From Eledone cirrhosa (Eukaryota): 64,000 bases of DNA. The stretch is taken from the NCBI GenBank assembly GCA_964016885.1, contig OZ024740.1, positions 27,032,001 to 27,096,000 on the forward strand. Direction: 5' to 3'. Position numbers and translations under genes: made by a program. The notes below the pieces were generated by a model. The model ran no database searches. It saw only the letters and a list, made by a program, of their open reading frames with translations, and had not been told where the DNA came from. Shown here in pieces: positions 15,268-30,933 of this stretch; the stretch's first letter is position 1, and each line of letters opens with the position of its first letter.

Positions 15268-15371
15268 TTATTAACATATATATATATATAAATATATATA
15301 TATTATTACATATATATATATATATATTAATATATATATATATTTATTAATATATATATATATATATAAAT

Positions 15372-15403
<32 letters not shown>

Positions 15404-15898
15404 TATATCTATGTATACACACAGAGAAGAGAAACGGAGTCATATGCACATATATACTAAATTTCATTGGATTATGAAAGAGCTTTGACCTACAATACTC
15501 GGATAATTTATGGTCAGAAAATATAATGTAACGTTGAAACCAGAGGAGTACACGACAATATGTACTACAGGAGTAAAGGAGACTACCAGCTTCCATGGAT
15601 TTTGGCAATATATCTCTGGAGAAATAATAATAATTATTATTATGTTCCTTACGATGTCTAATACATATATATTCCAATACACTACAAACGAATCGAGAGT
15701 GGATCGGTAAAGGAAGAATTTCAGTCTATAGGTAACTGATAAAATTTCAAGATTTACGCGAGTAATTTCTGTAGCAACTAATATAGTGATATATATATAT
15801 ACATGCATACATACAAATATACATACATATATACATATATACATATATACGATATAAATATATATATATTTAAATATATATATATATATATATAAATA

Positions 15899-15972
<74 letters not shown>

Positions 15973-15995
15973 CATATGCAAGTATGTTTATATAT

Positions 15996-16181
<186 letters not shown>

Positions 16182-16313
16182 CGGCGAAAAATTATTAATT
16201 CTGGCAATATTATTACACAAATATGACCATCCCCAAGTAAAACAATATATATATATATGTATATACATAGAAATACCTGCATATATATAAGTATATATAT
16301 ATAAATACACACC

Positions 16314-16385
<72 letters not shown>

Positions 16386-16487
16386 TATTTATTTATGTAT
16401 ATATATATATATATATGTATGTATATATATATGTATATAGATACATATATATAAATATATATGTATATATATATACATATATATATA

Positions 16488-16580
<93 letters not shown>

Positions 16581-16912
16581 TATATACATACACACACACA
16601 CACACATTTTCCTTTCACATTGGCGATCGTACATGCAAATTCATCAACACCCATTGTCTTCCCTTTGCGACATATTATATTTGAAAAGTGTAGCAATTAC
16701 TTCAGTTCAATGTTAAACGTTGAATCGAATCAACCAGGAGGGTATACTCCTTTTTGAGGTTAGTCTCCATTTTGAGGTTAGTCTCCATTTTGTAAACCAA
16801 ATGAACATGTATATTTTTCTCTCTTTCTGGTAACCTTTCTTATATAATCCTTCTAACATTTCTCAATGATTTCATAATACATGCATACATACTTACATAC
16901 CTACTTTCATGC

Positions 16913-16944
<32 letters not shown>

Positions 16945-17122
16945 AAATAAAATAAAATATAATCTAAATACTGAGGTATCGGTAAAAACATATATACTCT
17001 ATATATATATATATATATATATACATACATAAATATATATATGTGGGTATATATGTGTATCAAGTTATACGTCTATATATATATATTTATATATGTGTAT
17101 GTATGTATCAAGTTATGCGTCT

Positions 17123-17167
<45 letters not shown>

Positions 17168-17213
17168 TATATATATATATATGTGTGTATATATATGTAT
17201 CAAATTATACGTC

Positions 17214-17267
<54 letters not shown>

Positions 17268-17606
17268 CATATATATACATATACATATATATATATGTGT
17301 GTATATATATGTGTCAAGTTATATGTCTATATATATATACATATATATACTTATATTATATATATATATGTGTATATATATATATATCAAGTTATCCGTC
17401 TATATATATATGTACACTGGCGCACATGTACTCGCACACACAAACATACACACACGTGCTCGTATATGCATTTCAAAGCTCAATTATTAAGGATAAATAC
17501 GTGAAGATTCACCTACCTCAATCTCAACCAACATCTCAGATTCTCTCCCCATTTCTTTAGCTTTTTTTTTTGCGTAACCCCTATCATCGCTCTACATATT
17601 ATATAT

Positions 17607-17745
<139 letters not shown>

Positions 17746-17799
17746 AAGTAACAGCCGTACTAAGAGTGGGAAATGAAATTTCGTTTCATTTTTTCCGTT

Positions 17800-17856
<57 letters not shown>

Positions 17857-18042
17857 GTATATATATATATATACATATATTATATATATATATATATATT
17901 TGCTCTATGGTTTTATATATTTATATATATATATATTATCCTTATCCATCCCTCTTCACATTTACACATTTATTATTATCATATATATATTACATGTATT
18001 AAATAAATTATATTATATTATATTATATTATATTATATTCAT

Positions 18043-18232
18043 GCGGTGACTTGGCAGTATCGGTTGAGGGTCGGACGCCATGCTTTGACGCATAGAGTTA
18101 CGGCCGTTGCCATTCTGTGTTCAAATCCTGCCAATGTTAACGTTGCCTTTCATCCTTACGGTGTCGATAAAATAAAGTAACAGTAACGTACTGGGTCATT
18201 GCTGGCCTTGTGCCAAAAGTAGAAACAATTAT
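18043..18232 (+). mobile_element. SINE family 1 copy
   Basis: Head, core and tail match the array copies. Confidence 0.85.
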
Positions 18233-18270
18233 ATTATATTCATGCATGTATATTATATAAGTATTTATAT

Positions 18271-18305
<35 letters not shown>

Positions 18306-18722
18306 ATACATATATATTTATATATTTATACTTACATATATATATATGTATATATATATATATGTAGGTATATACACACAACTATGCCCACACGGCTATG
18401 TTATAGGTATTTGAAGATGAACAAGTTGAATACAAGCATACAAATATACATCACCCTGAAAATGTACAATCAATATACTTTTGATGTTTTATCTATATTT
18501 GCTATTGAAGTAAATGTATGATTGATCGAATATGACAGTGGTACTGTTGTTTCTAACCTTAATATTATGAGAGCAATGTCAAAATGACGCATTATCTTAT
18601 TGCACCACACAAGGTGATACAGAGGAGACATTACGATACAACATCTTCATGTTATATCTTCATTAATGGGACACATCGAAACAGGTATATAAGATTCAGA
18701 GAAACGTGAAGAAAAGTTAAAC

Positions 18723-18879
<157 letters not shown>

Positions 18880-19382
18880 ATATATGTATATATATTATAT
18901 ATGCATATATATGCAGATATATATATATATATATATTAAGGAACGATCGACTTTCGTCAAATCGGACCGAGGGAACAATGTTTCCGTTGGTCTTTCCAAT
19001 TACTAATACTAGCTATCGGTCGCAACTCCAGGTAAAAGGAGCAACGTGAAATAAAATGTCTTGCTCAAGGACATAACGCCTCACCTGGTCCAGGAATCGA
19101 ACTCAGCCACACGCCTTCACATGCCATATATATATATATTTATGCATATATATATATATGCATATATATATATATGCATATATAAATATAATGAGAGAGA
19201 CAGAGCGGGAGAGATAGATAGATAGATTTATAGATAGAGAGGCAGACGTTGACGGATGAGAGAAAAGAGTACTCAAGACAGGAGTAGGTTTTAATTATTA
19301 ATTTTATTACGTCAAAATAGTCGCCACTTTATCACGCGATAAACAGGTGATACTCCAGACTAATAAGACTCATATATTTATG

Positions 19383-19490
<108 letters not shown>

Positions 19491-19845
19491 AAGAAAAAGA
19501 GATGAAATCGAAAATGCAACTGGAGTCTTATTTTTTTTTTAAATATATATATTTATTTGGTTCCTTTACCGGTTTCGCAGTTCTTCTGCTTTTCAAAAGT
19601 ATAGTTGAGATGGAGGGTCTGTGGTTTTTCTCAGATGTGAGAAAAACCACAGACCCTCCATCTCAACTCACCTTTTTGAAAAGCAGAAGAACTGCGAAAC
19701 CGGTAAAGGAACCAAATAAATATATATATTTTTTTAAAATAAGACTCCAGTTGCATTTTCGATTTCATCTCTTTTTCTTTATACTTTCACTCGTGTAGGA
19801 CACCTCGGTTATTTTTCACTTTGTAAAAAAAACCTCACTTTCTCA
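19491..19845 (+). mobile_element. Fold-back element, family D: ~290 bp palindrome plus tail, between (TA)n tracts
   Basis: Arms 19491-19633 and 19638-19780; variant hammerhead ccttt TTGAAAA gcag-aagaa-ctgc GAAA ccgg TA aagg. Confidence 0.7.
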
Positions 19846-19858
19846 TATATATATATAC

Positions 19859-19918
<60 letters not shown>

Positions 19919-19960
19919 TTCAAAATATTAATAAATATAGACGTTCATGTGATCAAATAT

Positions 19961-20024
19961 ATTTTATTATATATATTTCAGAGGTACTGTGCTGTTTCCT
20001 CAGTACGTCCTCATCAGATAAAAT
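19961..20024 (-). ncRNA. Type-I hammerhead motif (family A)
   Basis: Minus strand: attttat CTGATGA ggac-gtactg..cagtac-ctct GAAA tatata TA ataaaat; perfect 7-bp stem I. Confidence 0.8.
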
Positions 20025-20081
20025 AAATTGATGTCTGACATACCTCAACTGTGCTGATGGTTCGATTCCAGTCTTGGCAGT

Positions 20082-20118
<37 letters not shown>

Positions 20119-20329
20119 ATGTGTGTGTGTGCGTGTGTACTTACACACATATCGGTTGGCAAGCCTGAATGTATATAAACATTACACAATATATAACCAC
20201 ATGTATGGCCAACACATTCCTATAAGCTTATTTTTACATATATACTTAGAAATATATATCTACTATCTTCCCTGTTTCAAAATATACTTTAAAGCATTCA
20301 GCAACCATATTTTGTGCAATACCATATAT

Positions 20330-20393
<64 letters not shown>

Positions 20394-20419
20394 ATATATA
20401 TATATATGTATATATGCGC

Positions 20420-20469
<50 letters not shown>

Positions 20470-20523
20470 GCAATGGGTTATTTAATTTGTTGGTTATTCA
20501 ACAAATTTAGGTTATAACATATA

Positions 20524-20594
<71 letters not shown>

Positions 20595-20596
<2 letters not shown>

Positions 20597-20820
20597 GCAC
20601 ACATATATATATGTATGTATATAACCTTATTATATAAGAAGCTGTCTGATGATGTCACGACACTGGGTATACGGAATCGTATGGTCGCTGTCGTCATTGA
20701 AATATGTACATGTGATACATATTTCAATGACGACAGTGACCACACGATTCAGTATACCCAGTGCCGTGTCATCATCAGACAGCTTCTTATATAATAAGGT
20801 TATATACATACATATATATA

Positions 20821-20829
<9 letters not shown>
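20595..20829. mobile_element. Fold-back element, family E: two convergent hammerhead cores
   Basis: gctgt CTGATGA..GAAA tatgta on both strands, meeting at about 20710. Confidence 0.7.
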
Positions 20830-20895
<66 letters not shown>

Positions 20896-21062
20896 ATAGT
20901 AATAATAATAAATTTGAAGACTAAAATCCAAAAAGGGCTCGATAGGGATAAATATATATCAAATATATAAGAACCGTAGAGCAAATATTTATAAAAATAA
21001 CAGATTAAAGTTTAAGCAAAGAATCGCTTTAATCTGTTATTTTAATAAATATATATATACAT

Positions 21063-21135
<73 letters not shown>

Positions 21136-21142
21136 ATATATA

Positions 21143-21259
<117 letters not shown>

Positions 21260-21313
21260 ATATATATATATCATACATTTCCGTAGAAATGGTGAAGGAA
21301 CGAATATATATAT

Positions 21314-21505
21314 AACAAAATAATTGTGGAAAGGAACCAGATGGACCAAAACGCACCAGAGTTCTCGATACTTAGGGTAGTAGAGTGGGAAATAGGAAAA
21401 AAGTATGACCCCGACGGCAGAGCTCAAGCCGTTTCGATGGCTATTTCTATGTCCAGAAATAGCCGTCGAAACGGCTTGAGCTCTGCCGTCGAGGTCATAC
21501 TTTTT

Positions 21506-21510
<5 letters not shown>
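21314..21510 (-). mobile_element. Fold-back element, family C, in (TA)n
   Basis: Hairpin 21392-21510 plus the same tail. Confidence 0.75.
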
Positions 21511-21551
<41 letters not shown>

Positions 21552-22204
21552 TACACATACACACACAGATATAGATATATATGTATATGTGTGTATGTAT
21601 GTGCGTGTGTGGGTGGGTGTTTAACTGAATATATATATTGAAGGAGATGGAGAGAGAGAATGAAAGAAAAATAGAGAGAGAGTGTGACAGGTAGCTCGTA
21701 GATAGGTAATCGATCTGTCTAACCTGGAAAATTTTAACTTATTTTCATCTTTTGTCAAATTCGCGTAACATTTCTATTTCCAATACTATAGATTTCATTC
21801 ACCACCACCACCAACACCACCACCACCACCATCTCCATCACCACCACCAACACCACAACAACCACCATCTCCATCACCACCTCTACCACTACCATCACCA
21901 ACTCCATCATCATGATTATCTTCTTCTTCTTCTTCTTCTTCTTCTTCTTCTTCTTCTTCATACTTTACCTATTGCATATTTTCTTATATATGTATTTGAA
22001 TATACCTGTGTGTGTGTCTGTTTATATATACATATATGTATTTATATATATATATACGTGCGGGTGTGTGTGTGTGTATGTGTGTGTGTTTATATATATA
22101 TACATATATGTATTTATATATATATGTGTGTGTGTGTGTGTGTTTCGAGGTTTAAATATATATGTGTAAAGAGGTTGTATTACGTATATGTGAATAAGTA
22201 TGAT

Positions 22205-22259
<55 letters not shown>

Positions 22260-22354
22260 CTATCTATATATATATGTATATATACATATAAACATATATA
22301 TATATATGTATATATGTATATATACATATATATTATGAAATACTGTTGGCTTCC

Positions 22355-22443
<89 letters not shown>

Positions 22444-22501
22444 TGTATATATATGTATATATATATATATATATGTATATTTATGTATTTATTTATATAT
22501 A

Positions 22502-22552
<51 letters not shown>

Positions 22553-22891
22553 CTGTCTCTTAATGTAAACCCAAGCCTGACAATGTCGGTATTCTTGTCT
22601 AGGGCGCTACCCCAGCATGGCCTCAGTCGGATGGCTGAAACAGGTAAAAGAGTAAAAGAGTATAACAACATCGTGAAACCTTCACTATCAGCCCACTACT
22701 CTTCCCTTTCTACCCCCTCTCCATTTCTCTCTATCTCTATTTCCTCCCTCTCCCTCTCTAGCACCCCCTCTCTCTCTGATATAAATACATATTGAACATG
22801 AAATACTGATAATTCTAAATGCAAGTATATAACCCTCAACTTACACACAACCACAATAGGTATGCTGATAATATTCAACATACATATGGCT

Positions 22892-22984
<93 letters not shown>

Positions 22985-22990
22985 TATATG

Positions 22991-23075
<85 letters not shown>

Positions 23076-23087
23076 GTATGTATATAT

Positions 23088-23174
<87 letters not shown>

Positions 23175-23199
23175 TATATACATATATATATGTTAGCAT

Positions 23200-23358
23200 A
23201 TCCCTGGTTCAATCGGGGGTAACCACAGTAAGTAAGGTATTCAATATAGAAAAGGCTTCTACAGGACGTGAACTGTTTCATTCTGGAGAAATCGTCAGGG
23301 CTCCCTTATGATTTCTCCAGAATGAATCAGTTCTAGTTCTGTAAAAGCTTTTTCTATA
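23200..23358 (-). mobile_element. Fold-back hammerhead element, family B, in (TA)n
   Basis: Hairpin 23244-23358; minus arm reads CTGACGA tttc-tcca-gaat GAAA cag..ctg TA gaagcc; shared family tail on the left. Confidence 0.75.
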
Positions 23359-23431
23359 TATATATAATGTAGGAGGTGAGTTTTATTGTAGCAATAAAAT
23401 ACTTGGAACTCTTTTAACTATCTTTCGATCT

Positions 23432-23514
<83 letters not shown>

Positions 23515-23554
23515 TACAAATATTAATAAAATAGATGTTCTTTTGATCAATTAA

Positions 23555-23607
23555 ATTGTACTATACATATTTCAGAGGTACAACAGTACGTCCTCATCAG
23601 ACAAAAT
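23555..23607 (-). ncRNA. Type-I hammerhead motif (family A)
   Basis: Minus strand: attttgt CTGATGA ggac-gtac-tgtt-gtac-ctct GAAA tatgta TA gtacaat. Confidence 0.7.
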
Positions 23608-24307
23608 ATAATGATACATGACATACACTGAGATGTTAAATGGTTAAGATTTAATAAAGGTACTGATTAACCTATGAGAAAACTCAAGATTTATACCCTA
23701 ATAATGAGAAAATGCGAAAACGTTATAGATTCAATAGAGAAGTTATGAGTAAGGAAAACATTGCTTTAATGTAACAGTTATAGAGATTTTAAAATGTGGG
23801 ATACTACAAATTAGGATTATAGAGGAAGACGTCTCTGGAAGTATAATTTTATTACAGTTTATGAAGGCAACAGATAGATAATTACAGAGAGGGAGAGATA
23901 AAGGGGAGTAATTTATGCAAAAAATGTTTTCCCCATAATAACGTAGCGGTTAAGTTTCAAAATATTTAATTTATGTTATTTTAGGGTGAAGAAACAAAAT
24001 TTTAAGTTTTTAAAAGTTGATGGTTATTTATATTAATTTTATAAATTTTATAAATTTTTAAATGTGTTACATTACTAACATTCTGAATTTTATTAAAACA
24101 AAATTAAAGGATTTACTAGGGCCGCGAAAGAAAAATATACACTGTTGAATATTACCTTAATTGTAATCTTTAACAAAAATTACATATAACAGTGTCAACA
24201 TTTTCGGTATGTAAAATTTATGAAGTACTTACTGTTACAAATATCGAAGAATTTATTGTGAAGTAGATACATTGTCTAATATATAATGATTAACGCAGAG
24301 TTTTCAG

Positions 24308-24473
<166 letters not shown>

Positions 24474-24785
24474 ATTTATCGTAATAAATAAATATTTATT
24501 ATATTATATTAAATCACTATATTAATTCTACCTTTATGGGAAGAACTAACTCTAAATAATGATTATGTTATTATACAATATACACGTATTTGCAAAAAAT
24601 TAGGTATAGAGAGATATACTAAGTATTAATGAGCCAGTATACTTTTGGTAATTGATAACGCTTATAATCTTAGATAATAGATTCAAACATGCATAAGTTA
24701 AATATATATATATATATAACTATATAAGTTGAAATAAAATGAAAACTAAATTTCATTTCTCACTCTTCGAATGGCACTTACTTAA

Positions 24786-24840
24786 ATGTAAGTATGTATG
24801 TATACGTACATACATATATGTATACAGACGTACAGTAGCA

Positions 24841-24914
<74 letters not shown>

Positions 24915-25034
24915 TACATACAGGTACACATACATATATGCACGCATCAGTTTAGCGGACGCTTATTATAACGCCGCTTTGTTCGTTTGTAAACAAACTG
25001 AATGCGTGCATATATGTATGTGTACCTGTATGTA

Positions 25035-25122
<88 letters not shown>

Positions 25123-25177
25123 TGCTACTGTACGTCTGTATACATATATGTATGTACGTATACATACATACTTACAT
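24786..25177. repeat. About 390 bp palindrome with internal (TA)n tracts
   Basis: cagacgtacagtagcatgc / gcatgctactgtacgtctg and caggtacacatac / gtatgtgtacctg; a non-inverted homolog lies at 55893-56100. Confidence 0.85.
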
Positions 25178-25190
25178 ATAACTATATATA

Positions 25191-25231
<41 letters not shown>

Positions 25232-25245
25232 TTAATATATGTATG

Positions 25246-25322
<77 letters not shown>

Positions 25323-25348
25323 CTATAGACACACACCACACACACATT

Positions 25349-25381
<33 letters not shown>

Positions 25382-26189
25382 ATATAATTTATATATATAC
25401 TTATAGTTATATGAATTTGATTTCAGAATTGAAAGGAATAAGACCAAGATATGTAAATGTGGAGATAATTTATATATGATATAAACACAAAACACATACT
25501 CACCCGTACACCCACACACACACACAAATATATATATATACACACACACAGACATACACATACACACACACACGCGCGCGTACACACGTTTCAATGTAAA
25601 TATACAATATCTATTAAATAGATACACTCTCCACCTTCTGCCCTTTCACCTTTACGCTAATATTTCACCCCAAGCCCACACCCACGCATACACACAGATG
25701 TAGGACTACACCTACACACTTACAAATACACCCACACACACATCCAAATACACACACAACACGAGCACATACTCCCACACACACACACATATATATATAT
25801 ACATAGAGAGAGGGAGAGAAAGTAAGAGAGAGGTTAAGAAATAGATAGATATTTCGCTAGATCGATCCTTCGATATTTAGATAGATAGATCTGTGCTTAA
25901 TATTCATCTCTGATGAGAGCTAATACAATGGAAACATGTCTATTGATATATGTGTTCGGCTTTATAGAACAGATCCACTCATATCTACTTAATTTTTATT
26001 GTTCAAAACATTGGATCAACTGATCTTAGTGGGTCTTGTTTCCTAGCATATTGTTTTGTTTTAGATTTATTCCGACCATGGAGGCATCTTTTGTCTACTA
26101 CATCCTTAGATAAACTTAGTTGATTGAAGTTTTCCTCCTCCCTATATTACATATGTTACACCTTACTGTGCGACTATTCAGCATAAGGA

Positions 26190-26370
26190 AATAACTGTTT
26201 CTACTTTTGGCACCAGGCCAGCAATTATCCCATTGCATTACTGGTACTTTATTTTATCGACCCCGTAAGAATAAACGGCAAAGTTAACCACGGCGGGATT
26301 TGACATCATTAAGGGAGGTAACTCTATGCTTCAAAGCATGTCGCCCGACCCTACACCAATACTGCCAATC
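26190..26370 (-). mobile_element. SINE family 1 copy
   Basis: Reverse complement of the core: ctggtactttattttatcgaccccgtaag. Confidence 0.8.
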
Positions 26371-26577
26371 CAAGGAAATAACCTTCAGCTCTATTGTTGA
26401 TAAAAACATTATCTCTCTCTTCAAGATACATCCCTTATGCCATTATAAGAAAGAAATTTTACGTTATTTTTATTTAAATACCAAAACAATTCCGCTGAGA
26501 GGGTTTCCCACAAACATAATGTCGTGAAAATATTTGCTATTCTTTTTTTCTCTACGAGAATATATTATCATGAATTG

Positions 26578-26795
26578 TTATGGATTGACAGTATCGGTAG
26601 AGCCTCGGACGCCTGCTTTGCGACATAGTGTTACGGCCCGTTACGTTCTGTGTTCAAATCCTGCCGAGATTAACTTTGTCTTTCATCCTTACGGGGTCGA
26701 TAAAATAAAGTACCACTCACACACTGGGGTCAATTTAATCGACTTTCCCTTCCCCTAAATTACTGACCTTGTGCCTAAATCAGAAACCATTATTG
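26578..26795 (+). mobile_element. SINE family 1 copy
   Basis: Head, core and tail match. Confidence 0.8.
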
Positions 26796-27851
26796 ATTGT
26801 TAGCTTTTAAATCTCCTGCCCACCCACACTTGTCAAGCTTGATATACTTGTCTAATTTCTTTCTGAAGTCATTTGGCCTTGAACGATAGCTTTGAATGAA
26901 GGGAGGCATGAGCGCTATCGCTATTTTTAGCAGATCAAGCAACTACACTGCCGCTCTCACTTTGGCACAAACACGTTAGCTATAAAGATAATTAAAGTGT
27001 TGGCAATCGATGGGATGTTATATAATCTCCTTCAGTTCAGATCTTGGCTACACGAGACATGCATATGGATGCAATACATTCTCAAAACTACAGCTAGATT
27101 TATATTTTAATAAAAAAAGAAAATTTTCCCTCTACATGGCTGAATAAGGCCGGTCAGTCACTGTATATTTTAGAAAATAGCATATATATTCACTAGCTCT
27201 GACAGTTTGGCAGGTGAACAGTGAGCTGTACTGATGACGGTGATACCCGAAAACGTTATTGTATGCAGTTGTGTTTACATGCCAACACAAGAGCAAGACT
27301 GAAGGGTTCATTCTCCTTACATGGCTTTAGAAATGAGGCTTGTTTGCATAATTGCAAACGAATCGAATGTTATTAATATTCGAAAAACTCAGATTATATT
27401 TATAATTTGATATTTTAATTTTTCGATAAATGATTTGGCAGGCTGTGAGAAACTTCATATATTTAGGGTCAGTTCTTAACTAGCTGAGATTTGTGCTAAG
27501 AAGGTTTCAATACAAACACGAACCTAATTCCTTTATCCACACATATGGCTACCTCTCAAGAGAACGTGCACAAGTATCATTGCATAGTATTCGATACTCA
27601 CTTCATCGACATAAAAGGTAATATTAACTTACAGAGACTTGGAAGGACTGATGCTGACTTACAAAGACTTACAGACTCGTAATGCTTCGCCGGATCTTGG
27701 GTGTATAAAAACAAATATCGGTCAATTGCAAATCGAACTTTTGTATATCATGAGCTACATTGCCTAAACTTTACCTTATTTAAAATGGCAGAGTATAAAT
27801 TGAGAGTTATTTGGCAACCATTTCTAGCAGGTGGTTCGACTGCTAAAGGCT

Positions 27852-28118
27852 CAAATAAATTGCTACGCCCGTCGTTAGTGGAGACCCCATTGCCGGGGCA
27901 CCGTAGCAATTGCTCCCTTTGTCCCCATTAAATCCGGCCGTGCCCATCAACATAGTTCTTAAGTTCTTGACTAAATAAATATACATAGCTGTGTTGCAAT
28001 AATTAATGTCGATAACAAGGGTGGAGGCGTGGTAGATTGTTAGGTGGTCGGATATAACATGTTGTGGTATTGTACTGGTTCTTTACATTCTGAGTTCAAA
28101 TCCCATCGAGGTCAACTT
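27852..28118 (+). repeat. 267-bp local duplication, copy 1
   Basis: Matches 35453-35719, with two mismatches seen by eye. Confidence 0.92.
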
Positions 28119-29422
28119 GTAGTATTAAGTTTGCAGGACAGTTACGAGAGTAGTCATAAGTATTATTTTCACATATGTTAGCAAGAACTTTCCATAGATG
28201 ACAACAATTATAATGTTCTAATTAACTTCTCAAACATTCGAGAACCAATGCCAATAAATATCCCCTAGGCAGATGCTGGAGATTTGGGGAAACAGATTCT
28301 GTTGATAAGGACTTATTGTTTGCGTATGAAGTATATTAGCTTTATAATTCTTTTATTATTGAGTCAAGAAAGGATGTGTTGTGTGTTTGAGCTTTTATAG
28401 AGCACCCGACACCGGTAGCCTGGGATGAAGGTCTCCTCAAAGTATAGACCTTCAATCAATGCTTGCCACTGAATGAGCACCGCTATAAGTACTCAAGTAG
28501 TAGCGGGATTTGAAATAAGAATGCATGAGCCCTGAACAAATACCGCAAGGCATTCCGTCCGACAATACAACTATTCTCACAATACAGTTCATGTTATATA
28601 AGCAGCATTCGGATGTAGACTCTGTCGCCTGTAATGTCTGGATCAATTTAGCTATGAATAATATATGCCTTTAACATTTGAATCTATAAATTATATATCA
28701 ATCTACGCTCTCTGACTCTCCACACACACATATACACACATGCACTTACACACAGACGTACACACACACATGCACATACACACACGCACTTACACACACA
28801 CACGGTCGTACACACACGCACGCATACAAATGCGCAGATACACACGCATAGGCGCACACGTACATAAACGTATATATATAATGCATCCATATATACCTGC
28901 ATGCATACATACATATATACAGGCGTACATACATGCATACATATACACATGAGTACATATATACATATATACATAATTACATACATACATGCATACATAC
29001 CGACATACAGACATGCATACATGCATACATACAGACATACATACATGCATACATACATACTTACATACATACATACTTACATACATACATGCATACATAC
29101 ATACGTACGAACATACATACATGCATACACACATACACATATATATATACATACACACATACCTACATGTATACATATATACATACATACATTAATGCAT
29201 GCATGAATACATACATACACACTTACATACATTCACACACATATACATACATACATACATACATACATACATACATGTACACCTACATACATACATTCAC
29301 ACATACATACATACATACATACATACATACATACATACATACATACATACATGTACACATACATACATTCACACATACATACATGTACACATACATACAT
29401 TCACACGTACATACATTCACAC

Positions 29423-30002
29423 ATGGTGGCTGCCAACTCGTTTTCGAGTACGGCCACTACTTTATATCCATGTAGGAGAACTACCGAGCGCTGAACGAGT
29501 GTGACATTTTAGTCCAGCCAGCGATTTGAAAACTCTGGTACAAACACTACACCTGTGACAATTATTGACACATAGTGCTGGGCCCTTGGTACCTTGTGAC
29601 GATAAGTGCAGAGAGATCTCGTGCCGTGAAGCTTTTATAGTGAGCAAAGGCACTGCACAAAGCAAGTCCCACTCGCTTAACCAAGATGATATTTACCAAA
29701 AAGAAGAATAAGTCAACATCATTGGATACCATCAGAGTTGCAGGTGTTATATCAGAGTTTTCCTTCTCCTAGAATTCTGCCTTGACAAAGGCTAATGGGT
29801 CATCTCTCCCGGTGATTTTGGATGGCCATTGACTTTTAAGAGCTCCTTTGCCCTTTGACAGGTTTTATTTTTAGACCTGCAGGATGTCCAAAGTCACCCT
29901 CCTCACCAAGAAACCTTGGTGAGGTTGCCAGTTTAGTCGCCAACGACCCGACCATGAGACAGGTTGTACTGGGATACATGTTACCAGTAGCACCAACTGG
30001 TG
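29423..30002 (-). mobile_element. Degenerate RTE-like LINE remnant inside a (TACA)n tract
   Basis: C2H2-like CSVCTRVFKSLAGLKCH near the 3' end; complex island flanked by TACA repeats. Confidence 0.4.
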
Positions 30003-30629
30003 AATTGACATATACATTCACACATATATACATGCATACACACATACATGTACACATACATACATTCACACATATATTCATACATACACACATACATGTA
30101 CACATACATACATTCACACATATATTCATACATACATATATACATACATACATACATTCACACATACATACATTCCCACATATATTCATACATACATATA
30201 TACAGGTACACATACATACATTCATACATACATACATTCACACACACATATATATATACACAGATACATACATACATTCACACACATATATATACATACA
30301 TACATACATACATACATAGATACATACATACATACATACATACATACATACATTCACACGTATACACATACATACGAACATTTACGTTATGTCGTTTTCG
30401 ACTGTTTAAGAAATTTTGCACAGAAGTTTCTATTAAGTTATTTCCAACAGATTTCTCGTACCTAATGAGTGACCATATTTCACTCAAGGACAAACATGTC
30501 ATAGACGCGGCCCAAGTTTATGAGACTGTGCAATTGAATAGTTAACTAGAAGTTGAATTAATAGGTTTTTGTGTTGTTAAATGGCTAAAGTAATTGTGTC
30601 TACGTTTGGCACTTGGCTAGCAATTGCCC

Positions 30630-30765
30630 AACACATACTGGTACTTTATTTTATCGACTCCGTAAGGATTAGAGGCAAAGTTAACCTCGACGGGATTTGA
30701 CCTCAGACCGTAAAGGGATAACTATGGTGGAAAGCATGGCCTCCGACCCTCTATCGATACGGCCA
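30630..30765 (-). mobile_element. SINE family 1 copy
   Basis: Reverse-complement core and head; a more diverged minus copy lies at about 33785-33940. Confidence 0.75.
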
Positions 30766-30851
30766 AATAGGTAAAATAATACTTTCGTCATGTAATTGGT
30801 TCAATATAAAGATTTGGTCTCATGCCAAGTCATATGACAAACGAGAATAAC

Positions 30852-30931
<80 letters not shown>

Positions 30932-30933
<2 letters not shown>

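Noticed and set aside
17058-17402. CRISPR-like repeat-spacer pattern
   Set aside because: Spacers are microsatellite of variable length; eukaryotic context with no cas genes
25904-25946. CTGATGA..GAAAcatgTC hammerhead-like core
   Set aside because: Stems I and II do not pair convincingly; at best a decayed copy
27227-27262. CTGATGA cgg..ccg aaaacgtt hammerhead-like motif
   Set aside because: No stem I and ambiguous GAAA register
29940-30000. Possible HDV-like ribozyme at an RTE 5' end
   Set aside because: Only a simple hairpin is visible; no nested double pseudoknot could be built
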